A stretch of 64,000 bases of DNA from Halarcobacter sp. (GTDB lineage Bacteria; Campylobacterota; Campylobacteria; Campylobacterales; Arcobacteraceae): assembly GCA_963676565.1 (NCBI GenBank), contig OY781089.1, positions 32,001 through 96,000 of the forward strand, read 5' to 3'. The position numbers were made by a program, and so were the translations under genes. Every line of letters starts with the position of its first letter. Position 1 is the first letter of the stretch. The notes below the pieces were generated by a model. It searched no databases. It was not told the DNA's origin and saw only the letters and a program-made list of their open reading frames with translations. This document shows, in pieces, positions 60,580 to 64,000 of this stretch.

Positions 60580-62025
60580 TGGTAACTCTAAATAATATTC
60601 TAACTCTGATGGAGTTAAAATCTTAATAGTATTTGTACTTCCTGGAACACCTACTGGATATCCAAAGGTAGCAATATATGTTGCAGTTTTATCTAAATAA
60701 CCTTTTTCATCTAAAACTTTTAACATTTTTTGTATCATTTTTGAAGCACCCGCTTCTTTAATTTTAGCAATTGGTTCAACACCCCATAATCCACACATAG
60801 GATTTAATACTCTTCTTTGGTGTGTGAACATATAGATATTTGTTTTAGGTCTATATCTTGAGATTTTTCTACCTGATAAACCAGAACTTGTTAATGCAAT
60901 AATACCTTTAGCACCAATATCATCAGCTAACTTTGTAGCTGTTCCTTGAATAACATCAAAACTATCATGATAAGATAATTTATTGTGTTTATCATATGGA
61001 TAAATCTCTTCAGTTTTAGCAATAATATTTGCCATTGTCTTTACTGTATTAATTGGATCAATACCAACTGCACTCTCTTCTGAAAGCATAACAGCATCTG
61101 TTCCATCAAGTACTGCATTTGCTACATCTGAGATTTCTGCTCTTGTAGCTCTTTCGTTGTGAGTCATCGATAAAAGCATTTGTGTTGCTGTAATTACAGG
61201 GATACAAGCTTCATTTGCCTTTTTAATAAGTGTTTTTTGAATTGTTGGTACTTCATAATAAGGAACTTCAATTCCTAAATCTCCCCTTGCAACCATAAGT
61301 CCATCAGAAGCCTCAATAATCTCATCAATATTTTCAACTGCGTCAAACTTCTCAATTTTTGCAATTAATTTACCTTGATAATTTCCAAGAAGCTTTCTTG
61401 CTGTTAACATATCGTTTTTATTTTGTACGAAAGAGATTGCGAAGTAATCAACTTTGTTTTTAACACCCCATGCAATATCCTCTTCATCTTTTCTTGTAAT
61501 TACATTGATATCAATTACTGTATTTGGGAAGTTAATACCTTTTTTTGATGTTAAAGTACCATGATTCTCAACAGTAGCAACAACTTTTTCACCAGTTTCA
61601 ATAACTCTTGCTCTAATAGTTCCATCATATAAATATATATATTCATCAACTTTTACTTTGTCCAATAGTTCTGGATAGTTTGTTGAAACAACATATTTTT
61701 TATCTGATTCTTTATACCCTATAATCTCTTCTTTTAAAAATGTGATTTCATCACCTTGAAAAAGTTCAAACTTTTCTTTTAACTCACCTATTCTTACTTT
61801 TGGTCCAGAAATATCTTGTAAAACTGCAATTGTAACATCAAGTTTATTCATTACAGTTCTAATATTTTTTAAAGTTTCTTCATGATATTCATGCGAACCG
61901 TGAGAAAAGTTCAGTCTAAACATATTTGCACCAGCTTTAACTAATCCTTCAATCACTTCTACACTATTACTTGCAGGTCCAAGTGTTGCCAATATCTTAG
62001 TTTTTTTATAGCCTGTTTTATACAC
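60565..62025 (-). CDS. pyk: Pyruvate kinase
   Basis: KTKILATLGPAS, RLNFSHG, MVARGDLG, TATQMLLSM, AVMLSEE. Confidence 0.97.
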   Translation of the reverse strand: MYKTGYKKTKILATLGPASNSVEVIEGLVKAGANMFRLNFSHGSHEYHEETLKNIRTVMNKLDVTIAVLQDISGPKVRIGELKEKFELFQGDEITFLKEEIIGYKESDKKYVVSTNYPELLDKVKVDEYIYLYDGTIRARVIETGEKVVATVENHGTLTSKKGINFPNTVIDINVITRKDEEDIAWGVKNKVDYFAISFVQNKNDMLTARKLLGNYQGKLIAKIEKFDAVENIDEIIEASDGLMVARGDLGIEVPYYEVPTIQKTLIKKANEACIPVITATQMLLSMTHNERATRAEISDVANAVLDGTDAVMLSEESAVGIDPINTVKTMANIIAKTEEIYPYDKHNKLSYHDSFDVIQGTATKLADDIGAKGIIALTSSGLSGRKISRYRPKTNIYMFTHQRRVLNPMCGLWGVEPIAKIKEAGASKMIQKMLKVLDEKGYLDKTATYIATFGYPVGVPGSTNTIKILTPSELEYYLELPKDKK

Positions 62026-62207
62026 TTTTGGCTCCTTTTATATTTTGTAAACCATATTGTACCATAATTAAACTAGTATATTAGTTACATATATCAATTA
62101 GTTAACTAAGTTTAATTACATATCAATTACATCTAATTAAATTTCTTCACTTTTATTTCACAATATGATTGTTATAATAATCTTATACAAAAAAAAGGAT
62201 TAATACC

Positions 62208-62945
62208 ATGAAAAAGTTATCATTTTTTAAACAAATCACCTCAATTTCTGTTGTTGTAGCAGTTTTATCAGGATGTGCAGCAACACAAAGTACAAATACA
62301 TCATCAAATAATACTTCAATGAATAAAACTCAATCTGGAGCACTAATTGGTGGTATTTTAGGAGCTGTTATTGGTGCTTCTACATCAGGAGGTGGAGCAA
62401 AAAGAGCCGTTATTGGTGGTGCAATTGGTGCTGCAGTTGGTGGTGGAATTGGTTACTCTATGGACCAACAAGCAAAAGAAGTTGCACAAGAGCTAAATAC
62501 TAATGTTAACAATAATCCTAATGCTGCATTAGACCCAAATTCAGATTTAATTGTTTCAAATACCGACAAATACGTAAAAATAATGTTAAGAGATAGTATG
62601 GTTTTTCAAACAAACTCTGCTGTACCAACTGCAACTGCAGCAAGAAAAATCTCTAAAATTTCTGATGTATTAAGAAACTATCCAAATACAATTGTACAAG
62701 TTGTGGGCTTTACAGATAATAGAGGTTCATATGAATATAACCAGAAACTATCAAATCAAAGAGCAGCAAATGTAGGTAATACAATCTATAATAGTGGTAT
62801 ACAAAATCAAATCTTTTCAAAAGGTTGTTCTTACAATAAACCAATCGCACCAAATAATTCAACTGAAAACATGGGTTTAAATAGAAGAGTAGAAATTTAC
62901 CTTTATGCAAACCAACAATCAATCATTGATGCTTGTGTAGAATAA
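62208..62945 (+). CDS. OmpA-family lipoprotein with glycine zipper (YiaD-like)
   Basis: Lipobox LSGC, Gly zipper, GFTD..G...YNQKLS..RA, NRRVEI. Confidence 0.9.
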   Translation: MKKLSFFKQITSISVVVAVLSGCAATQSTNTSSNNTSMNKTQSGALIGGILGAVIGASTSGGGAKRAVIGGAIGAAVGGGIGYSMDQQAKEVAQELNTNVNNNPNAALDPNSDLIVSNTDKYVKIMLRDSMVFQTNSAVPTATAARKISKISDVLRNYPNTIVQVVGFTDNRGSYEYNQKLSNQRAANVGNTIYNSGIQNQIFSKGCSYNKPIAPNNSTENMGLNRRVEIYLYANQQSIIDACVE

Positions 62946-62955
62946 TTCTAAATAA

Positions 62956-62984
62956 AAAGTAAAAGGGAGAATTCCCTTTTGCTT
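62956..62984 (+). terminator. Terminator after the OmpA-family gene
   Basis: Inverted repeat AAAGTAAAAGGGA / TCCCTTTTGCTTT. Confidence 0.65.
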
Positions 62985-63110
62985 TAGTTTAAAACACCAT
63001 TCTTCACAAAGGAAAAAAATTATCCTTTACTAAAATTTATTAAGATTAGTTTAAATTTAAATATGTACAATTACACATCTTAAAAGAAAAAAATTATTAA
63101 AGGATATATA

Positions 63111-63707
63111 ATGTTAGTAACAAAAAAAGCTCCAGATTTTACAGCAACAGCTGTAATGGCAGATGGTCAAATCAAAGAAGATTTTAATTTATACAATAAT
63201 ATTGGTGAGAAAGGTGCAGTTTTATTTTTCTGGCCTTTAGATTTTACTTTTGTTTGTCCATCAGAAATTATCGCATTCTCAAAAAGAGTTGCTGATTTTG
63301 AAGAAAGAGGAATTCAAGTAATTGGTTGTTCAATTGACTCAGAATTTTCTCACTTTGCATGGAGAGAAACTGCTGTTGAAAATGGTGGAATTGGAAGAGT
63401 TAAGTTTCCAATGGTTGCAGATATCACAAAACAAATTTCAAGAGATTATGATGTATTATTTGGAGAATCTGTAGCACTTAGAGGATCATTCTTAATTGAT
63501 AAAGATGGTACAGTAAGACATGCAGTTGTAAATGACTTACCATTAGGTAGAAATATTGATGAGATGATTAGAATGGTTGATACTATGTTATTTACTAATG
63601 AACATGGTGAAGTTTGTCCTGCAGGATGGAGTAAAGGTGATGAAGGTATGAAAGCATCTACAGAAGGTGTTGCTGAATACTTAGGTAAAAATGAAAATAA
63701 ACTATAA
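63111..63707 (+). CDS. ahpC: 2-Cys peroxiredoxin (AhpC), copy 2
   Basis: FWPLDFTFVCP, GEVCPAGW; about 89% identical to copy 1 by manual count. Confidence 0.95.
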   Translation: MLVTKKAPDFTATAVMADGQIKEDFNLYNNIGEKGAVLFFWPLDFTFVCPSEIIAFSKRVADFEERGIQVIGCSIDSEFSHFAWRETAVENGGIGRVKFPMVADITKQISRDYDVLFGESVALRGSFLIDKDGTVRHAVVNDLPLGRNIDEMIRMVDTMLFTNEHGEVCPAGWSKGDEGMKASTEGVAEYLGKNENKL

Positions 63708-63719
63708 TATTTTTTAAAC

Positions 63720-63744
63720 AAAAGTGCCTTTTGGGGCACTTTTT
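63720..63744 (+). terminator. Terminator after ahpC copy 2
   Basis: Inverted repeat AAAAGTGCC / GGCACTTTT. Confidence 0.7.
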
Positions 63745-63758
63745 GCTAAACTAAATTT

Positions 63759-64000
63759 ATGAAAAATCAAAAATTTAGTGAATACTTCAACTCTTGGCTA
63801 TATGGCAAAGATGGATATTATGCAAACTACAAACAAATAGGTAAAAAAGGTGATTTCTATACATCTGTATCAAGTTCTTCTTTTTTTGGTGGTAGCATTG
63901 CAAAAAGAATAGTTGATAAAATCAATTCTAATGAGCTTCCAAACAATACAACAATTTTAGAAATTGGCGCACACCATGGATATTTATTAGCTGATATAAT
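63759..64000 (+). CDS. SAM-dependent methyltransferase (MidA/NDUFAF7-like), 3'-truncated
   Basis: MKNQKFSEYFNSWLYGKDGYY...IGKKGDFYTS...ILEIGAHHG; runs off the window end. Confidence 0.8.
   Translation, partial: MKNQKFSEYFNSWLYGKDGYYANYKQIGKKGDFYTSVSSSSFFGGSIAKRIVDKINSNELPNNTTILEIGAHHGYLLADI

Noticed and set aside
725..63739. Many short ORFs antisense or frame-shifted within real genes (e.g. 725-976, 5406-5798, 11257-11682, 50529-50954, 63446-63739)
   Set aside because: They overlap well-supported genes largely or entirely, lack recognisable motifs, and look like shadow ORFs.
1..64000. CRISPR arrays, tRNA/rRNA, IS elements, prophage or anti-phage defence genes
   Set aside because: I saw no regularly spaced repeats, structured RNA genes or such protein motifs by eye. 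A covariance-model scan would be needed to exclude small RNAs.

Overview
This is a very AT-rich chromosomal window whose gene content and order point to Campylobacterota, most likely Arcobacteraceae (inference; the ahpC/fdxA-ndk-yceD-rpmF-plsX-fabH block matches the order I recall from Campylobacter). It is mostly housekeeping and metabolism: sucCD, tex, a polar amino-acid ABC transporter, thyA-folA, the prpB-prpC-acnD-prpF methylcitrate operon, hemC, murI-dnaX, metNIQ, rho, pyrB, argD, pyk and two AhpC copies. I saw no rRNA, tRNA, CRISPR array, transposase or integrase. Main observations: (1) a complete programmed -1 frameshift cassette in dnaX (internal SD, A AAA AAG, 11-bp stem-loop, immediate stop), unusually close to the C-terminus; (2) a SCO copper chaperone translationally coupled to a chemoreceptor with a His/Met-rich multi-TM sensor, a candidate copper-cofactor chemoreception system; (3) a complete fructose PTS island between pabB and pabC, with a divergent TetR regulator and tandem operators; (4) a 30-aa membrane peptide missed by the ORF track, with three TetR-type operators and its own promoter and terminator; (5) an uncharacterised HTH protein divergent from the prp operon; (6) a ThyA with a T4-phage-like insertion; (7) a histidine kinase that seems to start at ATC; (8) a murI leader with mutually exclusive hairpins. 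All family assignments come from motif recognition and memory; no database searches were run.
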